The notes below the pieces were generated by a model. It was not told where the DNA came from. It worked only from the letters and a program-made list of their open reading frames with translations, and did no database searches. Below are positions 1-13,115 of a DNA stretch of 64,000 nt, piece by piece (position 1 is the stretch's first letter; each line of letters begins with the position of its first letter). Position numbers and translations under genes: made by a program. This stretch comes from Polymyxa betae A26-41 (taxonomy: Eukaryota > Protista > Endomyxa: Phytomyxea), in contig RBZT01000215.1 in NCBI GenBank assembly GCA_003693705.1, forward strand, positions 62,001 through 126,000, written 5' to 3'.

Positions 1-1120
1 ATTTCAGCAGCCTTGGCTTGAGCTCGGTGTATACTCAGCGGATAAAGAATCATGGATACTCCGACTGAAGCCAGCTCGTCTCTTGAAAACAGGTCAGTCG
101 CACCTTCACTCCAAACTCAGTTTCTTTACTATAGCACAGCATGCATACCTACCAAATTCTGTAATATTAGCAAGTACTGGTATCTTTGGAAATTCTTTGC
201 TTAACACAGCGTATTGCTCAAGCTTGGTCAGTGCCTCAGGGAAAAGCATATCGGCCCCAGCTGTGACACATCTGAGCTGAAAAATTCTGCCTTTATAGCA
301 CCATGCCTTTGATATATTGTTCGCAGCGCTCCAGGGTTTTATCCATTCCCTCATTAGCGAAGGCGTCAGTTCGAGCCATAATGACTACAAAACGAATCAA
401 GGCCGGGAAATAAAACGGCCAAAACAGACCAAGTAAAAAGCCGATAAAAAGTGATCTTAGTCCTTACCGAACGATGAATCTGTACGAGCATCCACAGCAG
501 CTTTTATGCGATCACCTGTGGCGTGTTGAACTCACCTATTGGTACCGATAATGATTATCTTACACATTTCTTCAGTTGAAACAATGGATTTGTTAGGCCG
601 ATGTCCACAGCGCTTATTTACTTCTTGATCTTCAATATGAATAGCACCGGCACCGGCACGCTCCAGTTCGCGAACTGTCCTCGCAATACCAAAAGCACTT
701 CCGAATCCGGTATCGACATCGACCAAAACTGGCACCGAGGTACAGCTGGTAGACGTCAATTTGCTGATAAAGAATGGACATGGATGATGAAGATCACCTT
801 GTCAATCTCCGAACATCCTCTACGACATCGTTCAGATTTGTCACACCTAAATCTGGTAGCCCTAGAACGCCATTAAAACGGTTGTTTCCAGAATCGGTGC
901 ATCGTCGCTACCATGAGAGGCTGTAGCGACGCCTGAACCAGAGACGTACAATGCCTTGGCACCTGCTTTCTGTGCCAACATTCCAGTATAGGCTAGACTC
1001 TGCATCAGAGACTGTGTCGTTGCAAACCGCATGCGTCTTACCAGTGGTGGCGCCAATGATCTGCAGCGGTCGATGGTCTGAGACCGCCTTTCGAAACAAT
1101 GCTCCCATGGACGACGTCAT
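1..1120 (-). CDS. prpB: 2-methylisocitrate lyase (bacterial PrpB-type), multi-exon, 3' end runs off the window
   Basis: Spliced exons give [24 protein letters not shown], the catalytic loop [26 protein letters not shown] and [13 protein letters not shown] at 1118-1120. Confidence 0.92.
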
Positions 1121-1370
1121 TGCCTTTAGTTTATGATTATGAGCAGAGCACACTGGTTGATGGAGGCCGCAACGTTATCATTACAATGTCTAACTCCGTT
1201 TGGAAGCTTGTTACGATGATCACTCTATAGGAGACATTAGGCTGATGTCACTATGTGCATGTGATGGTTGTATTCTTCGGCTTCATAAGTTCGAAAGAAC
1301 GTATCATTTGTTTATCAAATGAATTCTTTTAGAGTATATTGTGATTAGGTTGGGGCGTGCGGTTTTGTGA

Positions 1371-1771
1371 TTAGACCGTCTGAGCATCCTGGTTGGTGGT
1401 CAGCTCGACTAACAGCTGCCAATCCGAAGGGTTGTCCAGCTTGACAGACTCCCTGAGAGCTGCGATGGCATCATCTCGTCGATTCACTGCAATACAAGCC
1501 CTGGCCATAATCTGAAACGCATTGTACTGCAAGCCATCTGCTTTAGAATCGGGATGCGAAAGAAATGGTGGAAACCTACATTCAGGGGATCCTCATGGAC
1601 ACTCTTCTGGAAGCAGTCAATAGCGTATTCGAAATGGCGTTTGTTGTAGAATCCGACGCCAGCTCGGAACCAGCCTTGTGCTGTATTAGGCACCTGACCA
1701 ATTCGATCGATGAGCCACCGCTCGGCCGTTTTGATGCTAGGCACCGTATCTGGGGCTGCCTTAGTATCCAT
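1371..1771 (-). CDS. Small TPR-repeat protein (2 exons)
   Basis: AQGWFRAGVGFYNKRHFEYAIDCFQKSVHEDPLN, then an intron, then YNAFQIMARACIAVNRRDDAIAALRESVKLD: two TPR-like units. Confidence 0.75.
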
Positions 1772-1953
1772 TTACGATCGATCTGAAGTACGGCAGTGAA
1801 AAGTCTCGGCATTGACAGATAAAAGACGACAAGCAAATTGTCGAGGTCGTCGATATAAATGCTCTTATGTTAATACAAATTCAACGAGAGAAAGCTGAGC
1901 AGGCGCTCGTCATGTTCTGGATAAATACACTTTATACATATAGGACGAATAAT

Positions 1954-2346
1954 TTACAGAAGATGGGAGTTAGCAGCAGCCTTAGCAAACAGCGCTTGCT
2001 GTGATGCCAGAAGTTCTTCGGGCGATTTCGTCGGCTTCCGCTTCTTGCCGCGTTCGACTTTGGCTTCTCCGACCTCGTCACTGACGGCTCTCATCTCCTC
2101 GATGTAGTGACTGAAGCCAATTGACTCACAGGCCTGCTCCAGATGTTCCCGCGTGATCTTCGACTTTTTCGCCACCGTCGCCTTCTCCAAACTCTCCGCC
2201 GACAGCATCTGAATGAATTCACTGGCGGCCTTGCAAAGCAGCTCCCTGGTCTCGACAGAACACCTCATCCCATTTGGCAGAACGCCCTTACAGAACTTGG
2301 CAACAGTCGCCTTGGGAAGCTGGGCTTCGTCATCGACGTCTCCCAT
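1954..2346 (-). CDS. DR1: Negative cofactor 2 beta subunit (Dr1/Ncb2), histone fold
   Basis: LPKATVAKFCK...ETRELL...EFIQMLSAES...KKSKITREHLEQACESIGF, with the NC2-beta-type tail SPEELLASQQALFAKA. Confidence 0.88.
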   Translation of the reverse strand: MGDVDDEAQLPKATVAKFCKGVLPNGMRCSVETRELLCKAASEFIQMLSAESLEKATVAKKSKITREHLEQACESIGFSHYIEEMRAVSDEVGEAKVERGKKRKPTKSPEELLASQQALFAKAAANSHLL

Positions 2347-2844
2347 CGCAGGACTCTACCAAAGCCCTACACGACTATAAGAGAGCGGCGCAGCCACCTC
2401 TCTGAAGAACTCTGGAAAGGTCAACAGAAATGAAGTGCTGCTGCGAAGTTGCAAAACATAGAGAGCTCGTCCTGCAAGACCACAATCTTGCATAACGTGC
2501 TTCTTGCCTTTTCAAATAATGCATTCAGCATGGTATATACCGAACTGGAATGCTACGGTAGTTCTAGCCATTCGGCAAAATCCAATTTTATAGAATCAAC
2601 AGACCAGCAGGATGTCAAATACGAATATTACAATCATCAGCAGAAGCAGAATTTGAAGGCTAAGAAAATATAAATGAAAGAAACAAGAGATGAGCCAGAA
2701 CTCTATACGATGAAATACGGCAATCTACTGCTTATGATTACAAACTGAAGACTGCTTGAGTTTGTTGGTACTGAATGGCATAAAACATAAAATCAGGATA
2801 AGTTTAGGCCCGCATTCCGTCGATGAATTTCATCTGGTATCTTG

Positions 2845-3285
2845 ATGTTATCCATCCACCAGGATCTGAAGAGGCTGATGGGGTCCAGGCACGTTATGGT
2901 CCTCATCTCTAGTCTGATCATGTGCGATTTATCTGTACTGCTCATATCGCATGCATTGCTCTTGTTTCGGGTAGGATATGAATGCGATAAAGACCCGCCC
3001 CAAATGTTCAAGGCCGCCATCGAAGCCGAAGAAATATTCTCATATATCAGTAGGGCATTGATTTGTGTGTTCATGATAGAAATGCTATTGAAACTGGTTG
3101 CTTTCGGCTTCCATTATTTCTTACGCCCATTACATGCTTTTGAACTGCTAGCGACCACGGCCGCGTTCGGACTGGAAGTCGCCTTTCCCCAGTACTTGCA
3201 AAGACTAGCTGTTATGGTCGCTGCTACTCGTGTTCTCCGCCTGATTCGTCTGGAGATGTTCACGATCAGTGCCTCGCGCCTGTAA
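2845..3285 (+). CDS. Stand-alone voltage-sensor-domain protein (Hv1/TMEM266-like); termini uncertain, may extend by splicing to ~3456
   Basis: Four hydrophobic segments: S1 Asp (LIMCDLSV), S2 FMIEMLLKLVAFG, S3 HAFELL, S4 RVLRLIR. No pore domain follows. Confidence 0.65.
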   Translation: MLSIHQDLKRLMGSRHVMVLISSLIMCDLSVLLISHALLLFRVGYECDKDPPQMFKAAIEAEEIFSYISRALICVFMIEMLLKLVAFGFHYFLRPLHAFELLATTAAFGLEVAFPQYLQRLAVMVAATRVLRLIRLEMFTISASRL

Positions 3286-3654
3286 AGCCTTCCTGTTTCA
3301 CGAATGTGGCAAATCTATAAGGGTAACACAATGGTCAGTCAATGATGAGGTCCCGCCACTTGCAGTATCCCAGAACTTTCCAAAAATATTCAGACTTCGC
3401 GGCACTGCTGGCAAAAGGAGTTGAACCGCGTAGAACTCATCGTGGTCGCTGACTGAGCGATAACAGCGCGGCCACCCTACTGTCGAAAAACTGCGTGACT
3501 GTCAGTGTTGGTTCCGGGGTGCCTCTTCTCATTCTGATATTGTTCGCGCTTCTGTTGTTTGGAACGCGCTGCTCTCACCCTCTCTCTGTCTCTGTCCATC
3601 GCTGTCATTAAAGACTGGTTAGTGCCCATCTGGGTCGTCGTTGGAAGGCATACG

Positions 3655-3970
3655 ATGTCGTCGCAGGGATCATCTAATGTCGAGAACAAGCTGACGCCGG
3701 CTACCGATGTTGAGGATAAGCTGAGGCAAATCCCGACCCCCCAGAACACCGTCAGGGACCTTCGTCGCGTTCGTAGGCAAAACCAGTACTGGATGCGGAA
3801 GTCTTTCATTCATCAGTACACGGTCAAGGAGCTGGAATTCATTCACCCTCAAAATCCTGACGTGAGTATAACTGGTTTCAGTTCTATATATACAATGATA
3901 TTTATCTTGGTGTTTGTTGCTATTGTATAGATTGTATGAGAAGCTTCGAATACTGACTGTCAAGCTCTAA
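3655..3970 (+). CDS. Small hypothetical protein (probably 2 exons)
   Basis: Clean ORF MSSQGSSNVENKL...FIHPQNPD followed by a GTGAGT donor at 3862. The last exon is uncertain. Confidence 0.45.
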
Positions 3971-4215
3971 TAATATCTTCGTAACCTATATAATATTTAC
4001 AGAATTCACTAACGAGATATTCCTGTTCTAGCTCGCTTTTGTTATTATACATCCGCAATAAAGCAAGTCTGCAATATCTTCTATTGATACAGCGGTTTAT
4101 CGTTGAACGTGTAGAGGCGTGTTGCAATTAAAACAATACAACAACCGTTTTTATGTCCAGACTCTTGCTTAATGATTAGCCTTTCGAATGTGATTGAGTT
4201 GGACTGAGAATCTAT

Positions 4216-5722
4216 TTAACATATCCATCTGCACGATCCATCAACAGGAACGATTTCTAATCGCAAACTAAGACAAACATGAGAATGGGAACTCACTTGT
4301 ACAATTGAGTCGGATAGATCATTTACTTCGAATTCCAAAACTTCTGTCTTTTTAATATCAAGAGCATTGCCTTCAACTGATGCGAATCTTCCAAGGTCTT
4401 CGACGCCAATATCATGTGAGGTCCAGTCAAGCATTCAGATTCTGGAACTCGGACCCAAACAGGCATATAACAAGTCGACGATCGGCTTTGGAATGCGTTG
4501 AGCATCCAATGCCTCCAGCTGCGTAAGATTTGAATTCGAGTAAAACCGAAACTGCCCGCCACCCAACCAGACGATCCGAATCTTAATCAATCAGCTGAGC
4601 GATATTGCCATCATGAGATGTTGTGTGTTGTACCCAATTTCTTTGAACGAGCGGTCATCAAAATGCCAATATCCCGAACGCAATGAACATCAAACCTTTT
4701 TATGAATCTTGCAAAAGCTTTCCTTGATCAATGGAAATCGCAATACCTACACGTAAATAAGCCCAACACACAGTTTCATAGCAGAATAGCAATTAACAAA
4801 GCAACCTATGAGCGGCTCTAGAATTACCAGAATAGTGCCTGAATGATGACAGGACTGAAGATATTCCACACGATGATCATACATGCGGCGATAGCATTCG
4901 CGAATGAAGACATAACAAAATGAGATAAATAATGCATGAGCACTGGAGGGAAATCCTGCATCTCAATGTGGGAAAACATCGGATCGTGGTCGTCATATTA
5001 CAGAGACACTTCTTCCTACTGCGTTCTTCCAGAACAAAGAATTCATCGCGTTCTCGCTTAACAGCATGATATTGGTCGTTGCTGAGTAGATCAAATCAGA
5101 CTGTCAATGTGTTAATTATAGCAAACGAATATGAGCTTATATGGATTCGGACGCGATCAAACGAGGTTATGATAAATCTCCAATTGCAATGTCACAATAT
5201 CTTGGGAGGTTAGTATTGGTGCTATTGCCTCACGATCTACAATCAGTTAACTCCAGCATGGCAGCGACTACTGCAGGCCTCGCTTGTTGAACAGCATTCA
5301 GCATTTCTCCAAGATCAAGATTCGATGATGTCCCAGCTAACACCATAACGATATTCAAACGACGGCCAAAAAATTGGCAGATTCCACAACGATTTTGAAT
5401 CTTTAGGTATGGAAGGAAGGATCCGATATCATCGCAACCAGCTATCTTGTTTTGCAGGCTGCAGGAGCATTGATTGAACAGTGGCTTTAAATCAGAATCG
5501 CATTTCAACAATAATGCAATCGCGAACTGATGCTTTCTGCTCCATGCGATTCAAGGCAATCGGGATCTCTGGAACGAATCCAATTTTCATTTCGCCGTTC
5601 GGGAATGCCCCACCAACCTAGAATCTATCGCATCTTGCCTGATCACAAACAGGGAGCTCCTCAGTGAAACAAACATTCCAAATTCCAGAAGTGAAGTAAT
5701 GTAGAGCTCCTAATAACGTCAT
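4216..5722 (-). pseudogene. Fragmented coding-like region, possibly a degraded Crinkler-type C-terminal (NTPase/nuclease) gene
   Basis: Protein-like fragments (RRLNIVMVLAGTSSNL, QARPAVVAAML, DHDPMFSHIE) are broken by stops that I could not remove with sensible introns. The family resemblance is weak and from memory. Confidence 0.25.
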
Positions 5723-6055
5723 GCTTCGTAGAGGCAAGTCCAGATTCAATGCGGTTGGATCTATCGAGGTAAGCCGTCACCGTAGTATAAGACCAAGCTG
5801 TTGTGAATAGCGACACGCGATAAACAAAATCATAGAATATATCAATAGAAAGCAGTGATACAGAATGTCAAGACCGTAATTGCCTTCGCTTTCATGAAAA
5901 TATCTATCTGCCGGCAACCGATTACGCCACACTTAGGGTATGATGGTCAATCTTATTGCATATTCAAGGCGTCTAGCGTCGGTACATAACCCACGCAGAG
6001 CCTAAGATTGAAACAATAGTAGATATAGATTGACACATCATCTGGCCCGAACACA

Positions 6056-9000
6056 TTAGGTGTAGCAGTTCTCATTGCTGGATGACTTGATTCGCCTGTG
6101 TCGTTGACGATTTGGCTTCTCATTCCTTAACATCTTTCGGGTCGAGCGTATTCTTCTGACATACATGCGCCAATACAGGAATACATTCCGTTTGTTCAGT
6201 AGCGCCATTTCTCGCTGCCGTCGAGTTTGGCGACGATGACGTCGCCTGCGAACATAATCGTGCCAGATTCGAAAGCACGCTTCTTCGAGCTGCAATCTAT
6301 ACTGTAGGATGAGTGCTGCAGCTTTCTTAGCATTTTGTGCTGTGTCCTGTGCTCGTGTTCGAAGTGCAACAAATGCCTTTCGTTGCAGTAGTACATGATA
6401 GTGTTCGAGGGCACGCACATATGAGTCACGTTCGTGGCATTTCGCCAAGAAACGTTCCAGCCAAGACGATGTGAACTGACGAAGCACATACTCGCGATGC
6501 CGAGCTGTTAAAAGCCCAGCGATATTGAGCAATCTCCAAATTTTCAAAAGGCGATGGTGCCATTTTGCATAAAATGTGATGAGAAGATATCTTCTGTGAA
6601 AGAGCATCGCACTCGCCGCTAGTTGTCGCATCTCGCGACGATGCCGACACCAACAGAGCCAGAAACGTACAGTCTGGCCTAAAAGACAGAAAATTGCCAA
6701 ATTCAGTATCGAGCCACTTGAGTGGGCAAATGTCCTCACTCTGATGAAGATTTGCAAATCGTTTGCGGTACTGACTGGATACAAGCGTACGGCGCCAGAT
6801 CTCGAACATCCTTGCATGAAGAGAGCTGTTCCTATTTGAACTAAAATTGAAAACGATGAAATGAAGCTAACAAATGACTTCTTACCTTCTCTGATTCCAG
6901 TCAGCTATGATTTGTTTAGAGGCACTTGTCTTTTGACGTCTTGACCGGGTCCAAAAGCACCATGCAGAAAATACGATCTCCATTTTATCAGTCAAAGAAT
7001 GCAGTTTAGAACGCAGGAATGGACATTTGATGGTGAGCTGCCTGCAAAGGAAAGCAAAAGACTCCCGCCTATCTCGCGATGCTTTTACAAACTGGCGCCA
7101 CTTCTGGAAAAGTAGCCGTTCTGAGAGGGTTTTGCGAGCGTTGACTAGCTGTCGGAGACTCTCCTTGAGGGCCACTGAACGCTTCCATTGACGTAAAGAC
7201 CGATTCAGAAGATTACGTGTATAAATCTGATGCAATCTGCTCATAAAGCGAGAAGTTTGAATCGCCTGCGTCACCTGACGCCACAGGAACTTTTGCCGCA
7301 TACGAATAGAAACCCGTCTCATTTGTCGAATTCGGAAATGGTCTGCATATGCCATTTGCCATGCCTGCAAAGCCAGTCTTTGAGTTGAGTGATTACGAGC
7401 GCTGGCAACATCTTGTTGAAATTGTCGCAATCGACATTTCTGTCGATAATGGCCTAGTAAGGCCACGTAACCGCGAACCAGGCGTAAATGATCTCGAGCC
7501 AGAAAGACCCTTTCTTCTAGTCGACGCTCCTTTTCATAGGCTGAGTGTAACTCAGCCCATATCCTCCAAGCATGCGATAGCAGCCGGCTTCGATTGTGGT
7601 ATTCAGACTGAGTAACCATATGATATCGCGTGATTTGATGTACGAACACTGTTTTCCAGGCGTGAAAGCAGAATTTTTGTCGAATCTGAGAGATGCGATT
7701 CTGGACACCGAATCTTTGCTTTCTTAGAGCTGCTATTTTTCGGGTATGTCGCATCCAAGCGCAAAATCTTTTCGAAAGCATGAGAGATTGCCGGCATTTT
7801 GCCAGCCATGAACGTCGTTGTAGCCTTACAAGCCAACGCCTGAATCCAACTTTAACCCGAATATGACTTACAAGCATGCCCGTTGATCGCAACGATTTCA
7901 ACCAACACAAATTCTGTTTCCATCTACAGACCACTTAATAAGAATCGCTTCGAGTCAGAGCTCTTATCCATATACCTTTGAAATAAGATTCTTTTCAAAA
8001 ACTTTGAATTCAGAATCCCGCATCGATATTTGTGAGCAGCTCTACGATTTTTTAAGGAGATGAGCCAGGCAACAGCCCTTTTGAGTTGCAAACAGCGGTT
8101 GGACTTCTCAGAAATTTCCAATAGCGATCGAATCCGTCGCCTTTGTTTATCACATTGCGAAAATTGCCGAATTGCACTTCTCATTACCAGCATCACTCGA
8201 AATTGTTGCAACTCGATAGTTTTCGTTTTGAGCTGATGTTCCACGCGAGTGGCTCTTCTCCAAGATGTAAATGTGTTTTTGATAACGTGAGTTATTAACT
8301 GCTTGCTCATGCCTTTCATGAGCACCTGTAATTTCGCGAATCGTTTCCAGACCAAAAACCGTAATTGTAACGCTTGAAGACAATGTTTGGATGCAGCACG
8401 ACTCACATAAAGTGATCTCGACCATTGATTGAATACTGTGCTTAAAAGATTGGAATTCCTCCTCGCTATGACGTCATTTGTTTGTTGGAGATAGTAACAA
8501 ATCACAGTGACTTTCCGGAAAGTTCGCACTCTAAGCATACGTTGATAAAACAGGTCTGCCTCGATATTGAGCTGAGCGAGATGCTGATTGAATCTGAGAT
8601 GACTATGCCAAATTGGGAAATAACGTTTGAATGCGCTTTGCGACGCGAAGCGATCAGCAGTGGCCGTGCAACTGTATAAATAGCTCCATAGCCGCCAGTG
8701 ATTTGCAATCAGAGATGAGCGACATCGACAAGCAATCACTCGACCGACTCGGCGTAATAACGAGCGCTGCAAACTCCGTCTCGACCAGTTCTGGAAGAAC
8801 GACCTTAGAGAGGCTTGGTTCCTTGCGAGACGTTGCCGGTATTCGCTGAGCCAGTTTTCCCAAGTTCGCCGCAACAGATTTTCGGAAAGTAGCTGACGAA
8901 GTCGCTGGAGAACAGGGAGATGATGACGATATTTACGCCAAGAGTGAAACGATCGCCGGACCATTAATCTGTCTATTACTGTTAGGCATCTCTGAAGCGC

Positions 9001-12000
9001 CTCTTGTTGCCATCGCTGGGCTGCACAACATCGGATGAAATGCCGAAAGCGACCCCGTAAGTAAAGCAGCTTGAAAATGTGTACCATACGGCTGAGCTGT
9101 GCATATCGCTGCTGACTACGTCGATTTAAGGATAGCCAACGGTCGAAATTGCGAAGTAGACGTCGGTGATAGAATAAGTCAGCGAGTTGTTTTCTTCTCA
9201 GATGGGTTCGAACAGCGTTATTCCAACAGCGGAAAACCCGAGCTTGACGGCGGCGACGGCAAGCTCGAGCAAATAACGTCGCATTAACATCGCGAGCCAG
9301 ATGCGCAGCTAACGCTGCTCGCCAGATATGAAGCGTATGACCAAGTAAATGCCCGCGAATCAATTTACGAACCTTATCGATGCACATCTGATGGTACAGA
9401 TGATGCTTAAGCGCCTCCGACCAACATAAGAAATACGTGTGTCTCAGTTTGTCCTCAAACAAACTTTGGAATCTGCGACAATCAATAGTCATTCGTAATC
9501 GCATCCGATAGCAGCTTCTCCATGCATGCCAATGTTCTGCTCGTAATTGATAGTTTTTGCTTTCAACTACTCTGCTCTCCAAGCTTCTTATTAATGCCCG
9601 AACGGAGAGCGTGCGAGCCCATTCATACAATGAAAGTGAGAGAACGGCGTTGCGTCTCTTCTTGTCAAAATCCCCAATCATTCGATATTCTGCCCTTTGC
9701 TGGAAGAGAATTACATTTCGAAATTTCTTGAAAACGAATGATATTCGAAGTCGCAAAACCTGACGGTTCACTTGAGTCCAAACATAACTGTATCTCCAGA
9801 GTTTCAAATTTCGCTGCAAATTGATCGATCGAATCTGGCCGATCTGAGCTCTCAGCAGTTTCCTCCTTTGAACGTTACTTTTGAATTGGTGGATCGCTTC
9901 TCGTGACCGGAACTGCTGAAAGAATCTATGAGATTTGGCTACAAAATTCTTTCGTTTTGCGTTCAGCTCTCGATGATTTAGACAAGCATTGATCAGCCTT
10001 CTGCATTGCGATCTTTTGAAATGAGCTTCTGCTGATTTTACCAGCTGCTTGGTTCTCTGAAGTGAAAACTTTTTAGCAGAATGTAGAAGCAACGACAAAT
10101 AACATACTATGCTAATTATTTGACTCGTTTGCCATGAATTCAGTGCAGCGTGCTTTCGTCTAGCAATACACCAAGATACGGCCAATTCGTTTCTAGATAC
10201 AAATTCTTTTCGCATAGATAAAACTTGAGACCACTTTTTGAACATGCATGCCAGGATTACGTGGGAGTGCGATTTGCCAACCATCATCGATAATTGAGAG
10301 AGCGTTTGCTTTTTCACTATTGCAACTTTCCATAGCGTAAAGACACGACGCCCATAGTGAGAAGTATAGTAATTATCTGCAACCACATTCCACGCTCTTG
10401 AGCAAATGTGATTTTGCAGTTCCTGTCGCCAGATCCATAGATATCTTGCAGATAAATTTCTAAATAGCGGATTTAAAACCAACGGCTGAGGCCTTGAAGG
10501 GAGGGAATACCGGTTATATGCATTTTTAGATACTAGAAACGATCTCCAGCACTTGAAAGAACGAGTGGAGAGCGATCTCTGTAGGATTGTTTGAAATCTG
10601 GGATTAAGTTGACGAAAAGAGCTTTCGAACACATAAACTCTGTGCCAGCTCTGGCTTCCATAGTTAGAATTGTTTCGCATTTTTAAAATCAACAGTGACC
10701 TGCAATGTCCAGTATTTCGTCAAATACCGCTTACGATGCAGCAATTCAGATTCGAGAAAAACAAGCTTTCTAAACAGCTTGATTGAAGCAGTGAGGACTA
10801 ATTTTTGATGACGCCGATTGCGCTGAGATGTGAATCGCCATAAATGTAAAATTAACGTTAAGGTTGGTTGACGAAGGAGTCGGAGCCGCTTCTTGCAATT
10901 TGCATGAGACCCCATTCTCCACTTCAGAGCACATACTGATTGCAACTTTGTAAAAGCTTGTTCTGGAGCCCTTAAAGCGGAAATTACATATATATACAAG
11001 CCAAACCAAAAGTGTCCCCACCTAACAGTTATTATGGTCTCGAAATCGAATGAGTATGAAGTGCCAATCCAAAAGAGCAGAGCTTGGATGAAGTAGTCCG
11101 GTTTATATAGTGGATTGGGTCGCGAAATCCTCGTACAATATAGCCAGAACCGAACAGCCAATTTCAGCCGAGCACTGCGATCTTCCAGTGTCGATCTCAT
11201 GGAGTTGGACCATGATCTGATTACTCTTCTTTTCTTAAGAATTTCCAATGCAGCCTAAACAGTCTTCAGGTCAGGGAATGCGAAAGCGATGCCTGATATA
11301 GACCTTTTTCTGCAAGAATTGATTTCTCGATTCCGTGGCGTTGATGTCCCATCGACGGATTACAAAGAGTTGTCTGCAGCGAATGCTGCACAGTTGAATA
11401 GAATTTATGGTGCTCTGGAGACGTCTGCGACGTCGAATTCGGCCTCGAAGAGTACAGGTTAGTTTCATTCTTGTTTTTTTAATAAAGTGACTTTTTGCAA
11501 TCAGCAATCGTGCGTGATGTACTCTCCTTCCTGACGGTTCATTAAATAAAATATAAACAATTCGCACTCTGACAGACTAACGCTGGGCAAATGCATTCCA
11601 GGAGCAAACAGCACGTCTTAGGGCACTGAGCTCGAAATGCTCTCTTGCTTTTGCGTTCCATGCTCGGATGCACACTTTGCTTCGCTTCCCTGAAGCAACG
11701 AGCCTAAGAAGCCATCAAACTGATGCCGAAATCTCTTCTTATATGTTGCGTACGTTTTCCATGCACGGAAGGCATCAGATATGATCATGAGGCGACACTT
11801 TAACAGAAAACAATCCACCGATTCCTTCCTCTCCAGAAAGTGGCTTACCCCCGTGAAACGTCCCTGTTGCTTATCGCATCGAATATCAGGTTCACCCGTT
11901 GTACTTTTGCTCAATGAAGGTGGATCAACTTCCTCAATAGAACAGGTTTTATTCGATGAATCCAAATAAACCCCTTTGACGTTCAACGCCAGTAATGCTC

Positions 12001-12215
12001 TGATGCATAAAGTTCAGCAATGGAGCGCGTAGGAGTATATAGCAGACTAACTGATAGTAAGTCAGGTCTGTCGATTTATCGATTCCGAGGCGAGGAAGCA
12101 CGACATCATATGCATCCAGACAAAACAGCATCGACAGCGGCTGGCGCGCAGCCTCAGCATTAGCTTCGGCCAGCTGAAGAATATCCAGCATGACAGCCGG
12201 ATCTGGCTCGCCCAT
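6056..12215 (-). CDS. SFI1: Sfi1-like centrin-binding centriole/spindle-pole protein, multi-exon
   Basis: N-terminus LDAYDVVLPRLGIDKSTDLTYYQL, then >1500 aa of basic helical repeats ending F/L-x-x-W-R/K about every 22-35 aa. The ORF frame changes match short introns (e.g. 7924-7975, 6841-6885). Confidence 0.8.
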
Positions 12216-12417
12216 TTCACCCAAAAGTTTCTCAGGATATCATTCTCTATCAGATAATCATGAATTACAATGAGAATATTTTCCAGTGAGAATCAAACAG
12301 CTTGATGTAACAATATAAGAGGCCAAGCGACCACGTCTGCAGTGCTGACAATGCAATGAGTGGCCTTTGCTGAACTTTATTCTTCCTGTTTCTTTACCAC
12401 AGTCTGATTTGAAGCAG

Positions 12418-12807
12418 CTACTTCACATCATTTACTGAGTTATTCCATTTGGGGCTGCTGGTGAATATGCAAATGGCGCTGACTAGATCGCCGTCATGAC
12501 TGATAGAGGCATGGGCGACCAGGAATGGGTCCCCAGAAACGCGAATGATTCGAGAGCATTTTCCGGTGTTCATCGACATGCTTGGAAATGGAATCCTATG
12601 CCCGCCAAAAGCCTTGATGGCCGCCTCTTTGACAGCCCATCGCCCAGCTACGAATTCATCACGCCTGGTTTGGGTTTTCATGGAGCTAAGCTTTTGGAAC
12701 TCGGATTCGTGTAGAACCTTAGTCAAGAATCGCTGTCCATATCTGGCAACAATAGCTGATATCCTCGGCACTCGGCAGATATCATGACCGACTCCTAGGA
12801 TCGGCAT
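12418..12807 (-). CDS. acpS: AcpS-type 4'-phosphopantetheinyl transferase (holo-ACP synthase), intronless
   Basis: ILGVGHDIC, FVAGRWAVKEAAIKA and SISHDGD motifs. Confidence 0.9.
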   Translation of the reverse strand: MPILGVGHDICRVPRISAIVARYGQRFLTKVLHESEFQKLSSMKTQTRRDEFVAGRWAVKEAAIKAFGGHRIPFPSMSMNTGKCSRIIRVSGDPFLVAHASISHDGDLVSAICIFTSSPKWNNSVNDVK

Positions 12808-13115
12808 TATTGGCGGAAGCCCGCTTATCTTATTCTGCCCCTGAACACAAAAAAACATTCAATGAGGCATAAAGTGGCGAATTGCCTTATTTTCAAAGAT
12901 TCATTTTTCTATAATTGATTCATTTCACGTTCCTGTCTGCATATGATATGAATGATGACGTCCCCTATCATGAAGACCCGTCTCAAACTGTGCAACTGCA
13001 TGATAAGATTCTCAGTGAACGCTGACGCTGGTCACTGTCTGCTGTAACAGTTGGTAAGAAGTGTGTTTATCGTTCCAGAATCATCCGAGGTGGTCTCACT
13101 TCCAATTCTCGCGCC

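Noticed and set aside
6056-12224. Overlapping ORFs suggesting programmed frameshifts or a non-standard genetic code
   Set aside because: The junctions I checked are explained by short GT-AG introns, and conserved genes in the window read normally in the standard code.
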